Shown here in pieces: positions 1 to 9,180 of a stretch of 30,706 nt of DNA. The stretch's first letter is position 1; each line of letters starts with the position of its first letter. A program made the position numbers and the translations under genes. Source of the DNA: Thermoproteota archaeon (GTDB taxonomy: Archaea; Korarchaeota; Korarchaeia; Korarchaeales; Korarchaeaceae); assembly GCA_037917625.1 (NCBI GenBank), contig JAVCBY010000027.1, positions 1-30,706 of the forward strand, given 5' to 3'. A model generated the notes under the pieces. That model did no database searches. It was not told the origin of the DNA and was given only the letters and a program-made list of their open reading frames with translations.

Positions 1-71
1 CCATAATCCCCGCTATCTCCTTAAACACTTTTAATTGTCCTCCCGGGAAGGATGGCTAAATTATTTAAGGA

Positions 72-958
72 GTGAGTCGTCATCCCCTTATGAGGCTGTT
101 GAGCTTCAAGCACAAGGGCTCGCTTGATTACGGAGTTATGATCGATGATGAAGTGATACCATCGAGCGAGCTATCTATGAGGATGGGAAAGAAGCTGCCT
201 CTGACCCTCGAGGAGCTCATAAGGCTTCCGATCATAGATGAAGTAATTAGCCTCCCCGATAAGCCGTTCGGGAGGACTATGAAGGTGGAGGAAGTCGAGA
301 TCCTGAGGCCGATATCGAATCCCCCGAAGATAATTTGCTTGGGGAGGAATTACGTTGAGCATGCTGCTGAGACAGGTAGCAAACCTCCAGAGGAGCCGAT
401 AATATTCATGAAGCCTAGGACAGCGCTCAACGATCCCTTCTCCGACGTAACAGTGCCCGATGATTACACGAAGGAAGTCGATTATGAGGGGGAGATAGCA
501 CTCGTTATGAGGGAGGGGGAAGGAAGTTGAGCGAGCGTGAGGCTAAGGCTTCGATACTCGGTTACATGGCTTTCAATGATGTCACAGCTAGGGACATACA
601 GAGGAGAGATAAGCAGTGGGTTAGGGGGAAGAGTATAGATGGCTTCGCCCCAATAGGTCCTTGGATAGATGTTAGTGCGGATTTCGATGAGCTCGAGGTA
701 CTCACTTTCGTTAACGGGGAGCTGAGGCAGAGAGCTAGCTCTAAGGAGATGATATTCAAGCCATGGGAGATAATAGAGATATTGAGTAGGGGGATGACCA
801 TAGAGCCTTGCGATATAGTGGCTACTGGTACGCCATCCGGCGTGGGCGCTTTCTCTAACCCCCCGAGGCTCCTGGATCATGGTGATGTAGTGGAGGTGGA
901 AGTTAAGGGAGTTGGGAGGATTAAGAACAGGATAATATTCGAGAGTAAGTTACCTTAA
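72..958 (+). CDS. Fumarylacetoacetate (FAH) hydrolase family protein, split by a frameshift at G-run 515-519
   Basis: ORF 72-530 has KIICLGRNYVEH, P.IF.K and VDYEGE motifs. ORF 527-958 has NDVTARDIQ, GKS.DGF.P.GP and TGTPSGVG. One extra G fuses them as ...MREGGRKLSEREAK. ATG 90 is an alternative start. Confidence 0.9.
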
Positions 959-1800
959 TCTATACTGAGTCCCAGGATCCCTCTAGCTGCTATACCTATG
1001 GTGTACGAGAGGGCTGCTACACCCAAGCTTATGAATAGCATCTCCAAGGCGGACCTCATTATGCTCCTCTCCCTTATGATCGCTAAGTATACTGAGAAGA
1101 GTATTATCATTATTGAAGCGAGGGATAGCATCAATAAAAGAGCCGATAATATGTCTTCCATTAAGAGGAACGGTAGGATCAAGAAGATCACGACTGTAAT
1201 ATAAGTGATCCCCGTATAGAACGCTCCCCTAAAAGGATTACCTCTCAACTCCGATTTCCTAGATAGATACTCTGAAGCTGACATGGAGAGGCTCGCTGCT
1301 ATCCCTGTGATGAGGCCCGCAGCTGCTATATACTTCGAGCTCTGAAGGGCCATGGAAAATCCTGCTAATGAGCCCGTAAGCTCAACTAGAGCATCACTCA
1401 GCCCTAATATCATCGATCCTATGTATTCTACCCTCTCCTCCTTTATCATATTGGCTAACTTCTCCTCATGCTCGAGCTCATCATCGATCACCCCCTTGAA
1501 CTCCTGCGATACCCTGAGGAGCTCCTCGTATCCCTTCTGAGCCCTCCCTTCAGATCTCTCCATCAATTTAATCATGAAAGTGAGCCCGAAGATCATCGAT
1601 AAGACTGAGTAAAGGAATATCTTCACTTTATCAGGTTTTATATCTCTTCCAGTGAATCTCCTTATGATCTCGTAGTGTCTGAGCTCATCTTCGGCTATCT
1701 TCTTGATTAACTCCCGATTCTCCCCACTCAACCTATCAGATATCTTCATGTAGGTGTAGTAGGAGGTTATCTCATCCCTCTGGAAGTCCAGTAGGTCCAT
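955..1800 (-). CDS. Ferritin/rubrerythrin-like domain fused to VIT1/CCC1 membrane domain (iron/manganese transport/storage)
   Basis: N-terminal di-iron motifs (DE...EDELRH, E...DELEHE) followed by ILGLSDALVE, AASLSMSASEYLS VIT1 motifs and about 5 TM helices. Confidence 0.88.
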   Translation of the reverse strand: MDLLDFQRDEITSYYTYMKISDRLSGENRELIKKIAEDELRHYEIIRRFTGRDIKPDKVKIFLYSVLSMIFGLTFMIKLMERSEGRAQKGYEELLRVSQEFKGVIDDELEHEEKLANMIKEERVEYIGSMILGLSDALVELTGSLAGFSMALQSSKYIAAAGLITGIAASLSMSASEYLSRKSELRGNPFRGAFYTGITYITVVIFLILPFLLMEDILSALLLMLSLASIMIILFSVYLAIIRERSIMRSALEMLFISLGVAALSYTIGIAARGILGLSID

Positions 1801-1823
1801 AAGACAACTCGTCTTAGAGAAAA

Positions 1824-1837
1824 TAAAAAATTGGGGG
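1824..1837 (-). terminator. Oligo-T terminator CCCCCAATTTTTTA after the 1850-2314 gene
   Basis: T-tract directly downstream of the stop codon. The same 13-mer occurs after the 28459-29727 gene. Confidence 0.55.
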
Positions 1838-1849
1838 TGGAGATATGAA

Positions 1850-2314
1850 TCACTTCCTCGATATCATCGCGCCTAAAGCCCCGATCAAAGCGCCGATCCC
1901 TGCTAGAGCTATCCCTATGCCAGCGGGGAGCACGAAGTTAACGAGCCACAAGTGTATCTGTTGAATCGGTATCTGCTGACCGGGGTTATGGACGGGATAC
2001 ACATGCATCATCCAACCAGCATAGTAACCACCGTAGATAAGCGAGAAAGTTGCGATGAATACTCCTAGGGTGTATAGAATGAATGATATTACGCCCAGTC
2101 TAGATACTCTCTCCCCGTATAATGAGGAGAAGTAGAGACTGCCCAGTGGTCCGGCTATGAAGGTACATGAGGTAACCCATAGTGTACCACATACCGGCGC
2201 TTCCCCCGGCTATTATCCTGGGAATCTCAAGAGGTTCGTATGCTATGACGTGAGCAAAGCCGCTATAATCACGTGAATTATCGATGCATATCTGAATAAT
2301 GATCCCGGAGTCAT
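1850..2314 (-). pseudogene. Disrupted about 154-aa membrane protein (PRIIAGGSAGMWY motif), two frameshifts
   Basis: Manual translation: MTPGSLFRYASIIHVIIAALLT / IAYEPLEIPRIIAGGSAGMWYTMGYLMYL / IAGPLGSLYF...GALGAMISRK*. Frame changes near 2247 and 2160. TATA-like TTTATAA (minus strand) about 25 nt upstream and a T-tract after the stop. Confidence 0.75.
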
Positions 2315-2471
2315 GGGATAGTGATGTATAACTATGGTTATAAAGCTTGCCGATCTTTTGTTCAGATCTTTTTCATGTAAGTTCAGCGGGCTAAGGTGGA
2401 AATGTTTAAATGAATTTCCCGTTCATTCATGAGATGATATCCATAAGGGCAGTGTTAAGCGGATCAGGGGG

Positions 2472-3149
2472 ATGCGAATGAGCGTTATGATGCCTAGAGA
2501 TCGGTTAGTCAGGAAAGCGCTCACCGATATATTAGGAGCTACACCAGCGGAAGTCTTGGGGAAGACATGCTCTATCTTCATGAGAGTAGTGGAGTCCTCT
2601 CAGGAGGGGGACATCATGCTCTACCTCTTCGGGTTGAGACTGGGAGAGAAGTTGGGGAAGGAACTGGGAGAAGCAGCTCAGGAAGATTCATGGAGCGTGT
2701 TATCCGAGATCTTCACGTTCCTTGGATTGGCTGAGGGCGTTGAAATTCTCGCTGAGAGGCCTAGAGGTGTGTTAATATGTGTGAAATCCCCTAGGGATCC
2801 TGAGAAGAAGGTCAGCTGCAGCTTAGCTAGAGGAATAGTGCTAGGCTTCACCTCTGCGATCTCTGAGGATCAGTTGTACGTTAAAGATCGGGGCACCTGC
2901 CCGAGCGGTAGAGCGGGATGCCTCCTAGAACTAACTAAAACTTCAGAGGATGTCCTCATGAACCCCATCAGGAGGGCTATAGTGGAGTACTTAAGGGTCA
3001 ATCAAGGGGCTCATATGAGGCAGATATCTAGGGATCTAGGAATAAGCTTGGGATCCCTCAGATGGCATCTGGATGTGCTCGAGAGGAAGGGCATAGTGAG
3101 GGAGAAGAGGAAGGGGAATATGACTGAGTTCTACCTCTCCGATGTATGA
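2472..3149 (+). CDS. V4R-domain plus C-terminal winged-helix transcriptional regulator
   Basis: V4R-like G..LG...G helix and Cys pattern (VSCSLARGIVLG...TCPSGRAGC). C-terminal wHTH (PIRRAIVEYL...HMRQISRDLGISLGSLRWHLDVLERKG). Confidence 0.8.
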   Translation: MRMSVMMPRDRLVRKALTDILGATPAEVLGKTCSIFMRVVESSQEGDIMLYLFGLRLGEKLGKELGEAAQEDSWSVLSEIFTFLGLAEGVEILAERPRGVLICVKSPRDPEKKVSCSLARGIVLGFTSAISEDQLYVKDRGTCPSGRAGCLLELTKTSEDVLMNPIRRAIVEYLRVNQGAHMRQISRDLGISLGSLRWHLDVLERKGIVREKRKGNMTEFYLSDV

Positions 3150-3575
3150 TCACCAGAGATCGTCATCCCATGGGACGTCTTGGCTCTCGCAAGTTCGACC
3201 GCTGAACACTATCTCTAGGACCTCCCCTGATGTCCTCGTGAATACATCCACTTCCCCAGAATCATCTTCCCTTATCGCGAGGACCACTACACTGCAGCCG
3301 TTCTCATCCTCGAGTGAGACGTAGAGCTCTTTATCCTTTATGATGCTGAGCTCCGATTCATCCTCATCTAGATTAACCCTCTCCATCCTAGCGTACCACT
3401 TCCCCCACTCGAAGGATATCGCTTTCATCCCCAGGAACTTAGCCAGGGGCTCGAGGTTCTTCAAGATCACTCTCTTCATCCCCTCGATCCCGAGGCCTAT
3501 CAACTCGTGAGGCTCCTCCTCAACGCTCTGAGCGAACTTATCCCAATTCAATCCTATCTGCTCTACCTTATCCAT
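3150..3575 (-). CDS. Hypothetical acidic protein (about 141 aa; start MDKVEQ preferred over 3647)
   Basis: Long ORF with host-like codon usage, convergent with and abutting the regulator. Purine-rich SD-like sequence before ATG 3575. Confidence 0.65.
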   Translation of the reverse strand: MDKVEQIGLNWDKFAQSVEEEPHELIGLGIEGMKRVILKNLEPLAKFLGMKAISFEWGKWYARMERVNLDEDESELSIIKDKELYVSLEDENGCSVVVLAIREDDSGEVDVFTRTSGEVLEIVFSGRTCESQDVPWDDDLW

Positions 3576-3742
3576 TTCCGCTCGCTCGCCCCTTCCCTTA
3601 CTAGGTAATAAGTTTTTTGGTCCGATTCCTCTGGAAAATTGAAACACTTCATGAGAGCTCGGACGCTCTCGGTAGCATTTTTGAGCCCCTTAATAAAGAG
3701 GGAGGTTTGCGAGGATTCGCTAATCGAGGACCTGGTAGAGAA

Positions 3743-5611
3743 TCATCCGCTCAGCCTTCCCACTATCTTATCAAGTATCTTAACGTAGGCATCTTCAAAT
3801 GTTCTATAAATAAGCTTAATTAGATCATAGAGGAAAATTATTAAAAAGATAATTATAGCTATCGAGAGGATTCTGTAAGCCCAATCGCCCAAGAGGGGCC
3901 TCGCGAGACTCGGTAGGTAGATCCAGAGTATTGCTAGCAAGATCACGTAGAATAGATCCGTGATCATCCTCCAGAATACAGTCCTCGTTATCCCAGCTCT
4001 CTCAACGATGAGCTCAGATATAAGATCCATTATCCCCTTGAGGGGGTTCAGTATCTTGTAACCGAAGTATATTATTATGATGAAATCGAGTAGCGTCAGC
4101 AGGAATCCGCTCTCTATTGAGAAGTTCTGCATTGATATCCTGATATCTGAGATAGATGGGGAGATGAGCCTGACTAATAGAAGAGCGAAACCCATCTTGA
4201 AGCTGTTTAGTAAGATCTCCTTGATGAGGATCGCAGCTTCAGAGCTTTCTTCTGATACTTCTGGGAGTGGTTTCCTCTTCTCTAAGATCTTCCCCTCCTC
4301 CCTCCTGCCTGACTTATATGCGATGTAAATGGATGCGAGTAGGTAAGGTATGGGAAGCATCGAGATGTATAAGAGTGCTGCTATAGGAACTGAGAATGCG
4401 CAGGATAAGAATATTGCGAAGATCCTCACGTCCCTAGCTACGGGTATCATCCTGAGCTTCCTTACATCTGCATTAAGTGATTTAAGACCGTGAGCTGCGT
4501 AACTAACTAAAATGCTGTTCGCGGAGGCCATTATAGCTAGTAAGAAGATAGAGCTATCCATGAGCCCTAGGGAGAGAGATAAGCCTGAGATTAGGGCCAC
4601 ATCAGATATCCTGTCTAAGATAGAATCTATGAACCCTCCCCATCCAGACGCCCTCCTGAATAACCTAGCCAATTCACCATCCACACCGTCCAGTATCGAT
4701 GCTAATTGAGCGAGCAGGCCCCCGAAGATCAACATGCCGTTAGAGAGTAAGATCGCGGAGATAATGCAGAGGATAAATGATATTAATGATATCAGCATCG
4801 GATTAACTCTTATCCTCCTCTTATATATGGCGAGGGATATCCTAGTCGATATAGGCCTGTTCAAATACCTTGAGACGATGCCATCATCCGGTTTTATGAG
4901 CTCCCTCCTCAGGATCTCCCAGTACATTCTCCTCGCCTTAACTAAGTCATCAGGCGTATCTATATCCTTCCAGAGCCTTCCAGTTACATCTACGTAGTCC
5001 ACTTCTCCATCCAATGCTGCTAAGTTCAGAGCGTCTGATATCTTAGCTTTAGGGCCTTTATTCCTTATGGCTTCCTCGATGTACTTCCTGGCCTTCTCCC
5101 TACATAATATTAGGCCCGTATCTATCCCATATCGGGGAGTGATATCTTTACCCGCTTTAATCACTCTTCCATCAACTAGATGGAGCTTTAAACCTTCCAT
5201 AGCTTCCGATCTACTCGGATTCCTATCCAAACAAACGGTAAATGCTTTATCACTTTCATGCGATATCAAGTCCATTAGCATCGAATTCTCAAATATATGA
5301 TCAGACATGATGATGAGGAACGGGTTTCCAACTCTATTTAAGGCTAAATAGACGCTGTATAAGTTCTCAAACTCACCGATATCTGCTTCAATTATCTCAA
5401 CCCTGTCCCCCACTCTCCCCTCAAAGGAGGCCTTGAACTCCGGCCTCGTGACCAGCATTATCTTCTGAGGTCTGGCCCCCTCTACCCTCTCTAAGACATG
5501 ATCTAAGACGGTAACTCCTGGTTCGAGTTCGAAGAGGGATTTGGGTGCGTTAGAGGAGTACTGTCCCATCCTAGAAGCTAATCCGCCGGCACAGATTATT
5601 GCGAACATCAT
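3743..5611 (-). CDS. Bifunctional nucleotidyltransferase / CDP-alcohol phosphotransferase (IPCT/DIPPS-like, di-myo-inositol-phosphate synthesis) with extra C-terminal membrane domain
   Basis: AGGLASRM...PKSL NTP-transferase motif, DIDTPDD, DG.VSRYLNRPIS linker, and CDP-alcohol motif DGVDGELAR...GGFIDSILDR. Confidence 0.85.
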   Translation of the reverse strand: MMFAIICAGGLASRMGQYSSNAPKSLFELEPGVTVLDHVLERVEGARPQKIMLVTRPEFKASFEGRVGDRVEIIEADIGEFENLYSVYLALNRVGNPFLIIMSDHIFENSMLMDLISHESDKAFTVCLDRNPSRSEAMEGLKLHLVDGRVIKAGKDITPRYGIDTGLILCREKARKYIEEAIRNKGPKAKISDALNLAALDGEVDYVDVTGRLWKDIDTPDDLVKARRMYWEILRRELIKPDDGIVSRYLNRPISTRISLAIYKRRIRVNPMLISLISFILCIISAILLSNGMLIFGGLLAQLASILDGVDGELARLFRRASGWGGFIDSILDRISDVALISGLSLSLGLMDSSIFLLAIMASANSILVSYAAHGLKSLNADVRKLRMIPVARDVRIFAIFLSCAFSVPIAALLYISMLPIPYLLASIYIAYKSGRREEGKILEKRKPLPEVSEESSEAAILIKEILLNSFKMGFALLLVRLISPSISDIRISMQNFSIESGFLLTLLDFIIIIYFGYKILNPLKGIMDLISELIVERAGITRTVFWRMITDLFYVILLAILWIYLPSLARPLLGDWAYRILSIAIIIFLIIFLYDLIKLIYRTFEDAYVKILDKIVGRLSG

Positions 5612-5631
5612 CGGTAGATGTAGGAATAAAA

Positions 5632-6372
5632 TTAAAGGATCATCTCTGGATTAGATGATCTCAAAGTGAGCTCCCTAGGGCAATTGATCCTCACGGGGGT
5701 CATCTCCCCGAGCCCCCTGCAGACGTATAAGTAGCTATCCCCCTTGGAGAACAGGCCGCTCGCATACCTCCTGCCATACTTACTCGGGGTCCAGATGGGA
5801 CCTATGATAGGGAAGCAGACCTGGCCTCCATGCGTGTGCCCAGCTAGGATGACTCTAGCATCTGGATTCAGTTCTATTATATCTGGAGTATGGGATAGCA
5901 GTAGATCGACTTTACCCAGTTCACGCAACTTCCCCTTGAGGGATCCATCGTCCTCATACCAATCGATCCCGCCCATCCTGACCCCCCTATACTCAATAAC
6001 TCTATCCATTAGGAGGGTGACTCCCGCTCGCTCCAGCACCCTCATCCCGTCCAAGATCGGTATCTTAGGATCCGCCCAATGCTCGTGGTTCCCTAAGATC
6101 CCGAACTTAGGCTTATTCACTTGCTTCAGTATCCTATAGATGGGCTCTAGGCTCTTCGTCCTCTCATCGTAAGTGTCTCCCAGTATGAAGATTACGTCAA
6201 CTCCCTCTGATGCATCCCTCAGGATCTCCTCTAGCTCAGCCTCCCTCCTCCCGAAGTCATGAATGTGCATGTCCGCGAGGATCATTGCCTCTAATCCCAT
6301 GCCTGAATTCAAAACGACTCTTTCTATTCTGATATAATTCCTCAGGACCCTCTCTAAAAATTTCCTTCTCAT
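5632..6372 (-). CDS. Calcineurin-like metallophosphoesterase (YkuE-type)
   Basis: DMH, LGD, GNHE, SHTPD and GHTHGGQ motifs. Confidence 0.9.
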   Translation of the reverse strand: MRRKFLERVLRNYIRIERVVLNSGMGLEAMILADMHIHDFGRREAELEEILRDASEGVDVIFILGDTYDERTKSLEPIYRILKQVNKPKFGILGNHEHWADPKIPILDGMRVLERAGVTLLMDRVIEYRGVRMGGIDWYEDDGSLKGKLRELGKVDLLLSHTPDIIELNPDARVILAGHTHGGQVCFPIIGPIWTPSKYGRRYASGLFSKGDSYLYVCRGLGEMTPVRINCPRELTLRSSNPEMIL

Positions 6373-6629
6373 CGCTTCCTCCCTACCTTCAGCCCCATTA
6401 TCTTCGCGAAAGCCCTAGCTTCATGCACCTTCCTATTAGCTATGAACCACTCGAGCGCTTCCTCAACTTCGCCCTCATTTATCGGGTTCTCCCGGATGAA
6501 CTCGAGGAGGCCCTCCTTTATTATCTCATACCTCTGCCCCTCGCTCATCCTCTTGAAGTTCTTGAACCTACCGGTCACGTTCAAGTAGTGATGAGCCCTA
6601 CTAGCCCATTCACTCATCGATAGCCTCAA
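6369..6629 (-). CDS. Small hypothetical protein (82-86 aa)
   Basis: Stop overlaps the next start (ATGA) in an apparent operon with the ABC substrate-binding gene. ATG 6617 is an alternative start. Confidence 0.7.
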   Translation of the reverse strand: MRLSMSEWASRAHHYLNVTGRFKNFKRMSEGQRYEIIKEGLLEFIRENPINEGEVEEALEWFIANRKVHEARAFAKIMGLKVGRKR

Positions 6630-6645
6630 CTATTGACCAATAAAA

Positions 6646-7602
6646 TCATTTCTTAACTCTCCTAAAGGCGAGTACCAGTATCACTAGAATCAGAGATATT
6701 ACTAGAGCAGCTACTACGTAAGTCATATTAGTAACATAAGATATCCCACTATGAGTTACCCCAGCCTCCTCGAGCGATGAGATCACCGCGCTCAGTTTAT
6801 CTAAAACGCTCCCCTGCTCCGTGGGTGAGGGTACCTTCAGAACTCTTATCCCGAATTCCTTCGAGATCTCCATCGCCTTTCTATTGCTAGCGGTCCCATC
6901 CCCCACCACTATTATTAGATCTATCTCATCTCTCGCTTTCCTATATATTTCTGCTAGTTCGGATGGAGTTACCGGCGTCTCTTCCTCCTTAACGAGTAGG
7001 TACTTTACCTTTATCCCCAGCCATTCCACATAGTACTGTGCCCGAGGATCCGATGCTAATGCTGTCAAATTGAGTCTCGGAGTCTTTAAGAGTTCATCTA
7101 TCTTCCCCCTAACTTCCTCAAATTTCTCATCGTAGTAATTCCTACAACTCGGGTTCATCTCCTTCAACGCATCCCTCAAGGCGCTCATGAACTTAATGTA
7201 ATTGGAGGGATCCAAGATAGGCATATGGTAATTCGGGCCACCAGTCATGGGATTCCTCAGGATCCTCATCCCTTCTATCCATGGGATCTCTAGAAGTCTC
7301 GCCTTCAGCTCTCCCTTCGATACCATCTCTTTTATTGAGGCCTCGAAAGGAGTATGTGCTGTCGATACTATCAGCTCAGCCTCTCTGAGCTTCTCAATAT
7401 CGCTAGGCCTGAGCTCGTACTCGTGAGGGTCCAAGCCGGGTGGGACTAAGTAATCGACTTCATCATCAGGGCATGCTATCAATTTTACGTCATAAGCTAA
7501 ATTACTGAAAGTCACTAATATTTTCACACCGCTCCCTGAGTTAAGTGGGAGCGCTTGTAAGAGTAGGGTCGCTAGCATCACTACTACTAGCTTCCTCATC
7601 AC
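6646..7602 (-). CDS. znuA: Zn/Mn-type ABC transporter substrate-binding protein (ZnuA/TroA family) with C-terminal membrane anchor
   Basis: Signal peptide, PPGLDPHEYELRPSD motif, NYH.. LDP motif, C-terminal TM followed by RRVKK. Confidence 0.85.
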   Translation of the reverse strand: MMRKLVVVMLATLLLQALPLNSGSGVKILVTFSNLAYDVKLIACPDDEVDYLVPPGLDPHEYELRPSDIEKLREAELIVSTAHTPFEASIKEMVSKGELKARLLEIPWIEGMRILRNPMTGGPNYHMPILDPSNYIKFMSALRDALKEMNPSCRNYYDEKFEEVRGKIDELLKTPRLNLTALASDPRAQYYVEWLGIKVKYLLVKEEETPVTPSELAEIYRKARDEIDLIIVVGDGTASNRKAMEISKEFGIRVLKVPSPTEQGSVLDKLSAVISSLEEAGVTHSGISYVTNMTYVVAALVISLILVILVLAFRRVKK

Positions 7603-7614
7603 CCACGTACTTTG

Positions 7615-7650
7615 TGCACATCTTTATAAACGTTTCCTATTATATGTGCA
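7615..7650. promoter_or_regulatory. Bidirectional promoter: palindromic TATA TTTATAAA (7623-7630) flanked by inverted repeat TGCACAT-N22-ATGTGCA (candidate operator)
   Basis: Seen directly in the 47-bp gap between divergent starts at 7602 and 7650. Confidence 0.65.
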
Positions 7651-8396
7651 TGATGCTAGTGGAAGTTGAGGGGTTGAGGGTCCGTTACGGTGATGAAGTG
7701 ATATTCGAGGGGGAGTCGTTTGAGCTGAGCGGACCTGGATTGATCCTGATAATCGGGCCCAATGGAGCTGGAAAAACTACTCTGATGAGATCATTGCTAG
7801 GGCTCGTGAGGATCGATGGGAGGGTCTTCATAAATGGTGTTGATGTCACGGGGAGGCCTGAGAGAGCTGGGAGGTTCGTGGGGTATGTCCCGCAGATGGG
7901 GCCTCAGGATCTAACTGTGCCGATTAGCGTGATTGAGCTATTATCCTCATCTTTGGCGTTGAGGAAGCTTTCTAAAGGATCTGAGCATTTAAGGGAGATC
8001 GTAGATCTCTTAGGATTGAGGGAGATATTGAACCTCCCTCTCTCAAGCTTAAGCGGTGGGCAGAGGCAACGAGTCTTGCTAGCTAGAGCTCTAGCACCCG
8101 ATCCACCGATATTGATGATGGACGAACCCATCTCATCAATAGATCCCGCTGGTAGGGAGACAATAATAGATCTCATATTGGATTTATCTAAAGAGAAGTT
8201 AGTTATCTTGAGCAGCCATGATCCAGCTTTGTTCGCAAATCAAGCGAAGGGAGTAATGGCTTTGAATAGGAGGATAGTCTCTATGGGCCCCCCTGAGGAG
8301 GTCCTGAATGAGAAAGTAATGAGAGAAGTTTATGGGAGGAGTTTGATCCTCATAGAGAGGTGTCTTCATGTGGTGGATTACCATGGAGCTTATTGA
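7650..8396 (+). CDS. znuC: Metal ABC transporter ATP-binding protein (ZnuC-like)
   Basis: Walker A GPNGAGKT, GYVPQ, LSGGQRQR, Walker B MMDEP and SSHD. Start moved from 7545 to ATG 7650 to avoid overlap with znuA. Confidence 0.9.
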   Translation: MMLVEVEGLRVRYGDEVIFEGESFELSGPGLILIIGPNGAGKTTLMRSLLGLVRIDGRVFINGVDVTGRPERAGRFVGYVPQMGPQDLTVPISVIELLSSSLALRKLSKGSEHLREIVDLLGLREILNLPLSSLSGGQRQRVLLARALAPDPPILMMDEPISSIDPAGRETIIDLILDLSKEKLVILSSHDPALFANQAKGVMALNRRIVSMGPPEEVLNEKVMREVYGRSLILIERCLHVVDYHGAY

Positions 8397-9180
8397 TCCG
8401 AGATGGTTTATAGTCATCTCCCTCTCATCTATAGTATTCGCTATGATGAGCTCGATGGTCCTCTCGAGGAGGATGCTCTTCCTAGCGAGCTCTCTACCGC
8501 ATTCAGCCTTACTATCGGCTCTACTCTCCATCATAATTGAGAGGGCATTGGGCCTCCCGAGTCAAGTTGGATCCCTTATGGTGAGCGTAGCTCTCATCTC
8601 CCTCTTCTCCCTCATGATATCTAAGGGCCTGAAGACTGATATAGCTACAGCCATATTCCTATCGATGACAGTCTCCCTCACAGCAATATCCCTCTACCAT
8701 ATCCTAACGAACTTCCCCATCGCTGGGAGCGTCTGGTCTTACTTCGTCGGCGATCCCTTGCTAGTCACATGGGAGGATGTGGCGTACACAACGCTCATTT
8801 CAGTTATCACTTTGAGCATGATAATCCCATTCCTGAAGGAGCATGCGTTAATAGGGATTGATAGGGATTTCGTTAAGCTATCTGGAGTTAATATATCATT
8901 TTATGATGCTATTGCAGTGATTTCCCTAGCTATTGGGGTAGTTGGGATGCTTAGAGTAGTTGGATTCATTTTAGAGCATATAATGATACTCCTTCCCGGA
9001 GTGATAGCCGCATCTATAGCTAAAAGTTACAGGAGCTTCCTAATGTACGCTTTTATAATTTCCTTAATCGGTGGTCTAGGTGGCCTCGCCTTGAGCATCA
9101 TGACTTCCTTAGCCCCTTCAGGGTGCATAGGCCTCTTGATGCTCTCATTTTACGTATTAGCCATTAGGAGGGGGAGATAG
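8383..9180 (+). CDS. znuB: Metal ABC transporter permease (ZnuB/ABC-3 family)
   Basis: RRMLFLASSLPHSAL, YFVGDPL and VVG.IL...PG motifs with multiple TM helices. Confidence 0.88.
   Translation: MELIDPRWFIVISLSSIVFAMMSSMVLSRRMLFLASSLPHSALLSALLSIIIERALGLPSQVGSLMVSVALISLFSLMISKGLKTDIATAIFLSMTVSLTAISLYHILTNFPIAGSVWSYFVGDPLLVTWEDVAYTTLISVITLSMIIPFLKEHALIGIDRDFVKLSGVNISFYDAIAVISLAIGVVGMLRVVGFILEHIMILLPGVIAASIAKSYRSFLMYAFIISLIGGLGGLALSIMTSLAPSGCIGLLMLSFYVLAIRRGR

Noticed and set aside
1-28. Possible 5' end of a minus-strand gene (GTG FKEIAGIM...) after a GGAGG
   Set aside because: Only 9 codons are visible at the window edge, too few to support a call.
2321-2348. dif-like site GTGATGTATAA-CTATGG-TTATAAAGCTT (TATAA-N6-TTATA core) as a XerA target
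   Set aside because: The outer arms are not inverted repeats, and the right arm is explained as the TATA box of the 1850-2314 gene. It cannot be supported without a genome-wide search.
3626-3645. Mini-ORB-like TTCCAGAGGAA (minus strand) and CRISPR-repeat-like end ATTGAAAC
   Set aside because: Single copies, no G-string, no cdc6/orc or cas genes, no repeat-spacer periodicity.
7545-7649. N-terminal extension of the ABC ATPase given by the ORF track
   Set aside because: It overlaps the divergent znuA start and the promoter. ATG 7650 fits the family and the TATA spacing.
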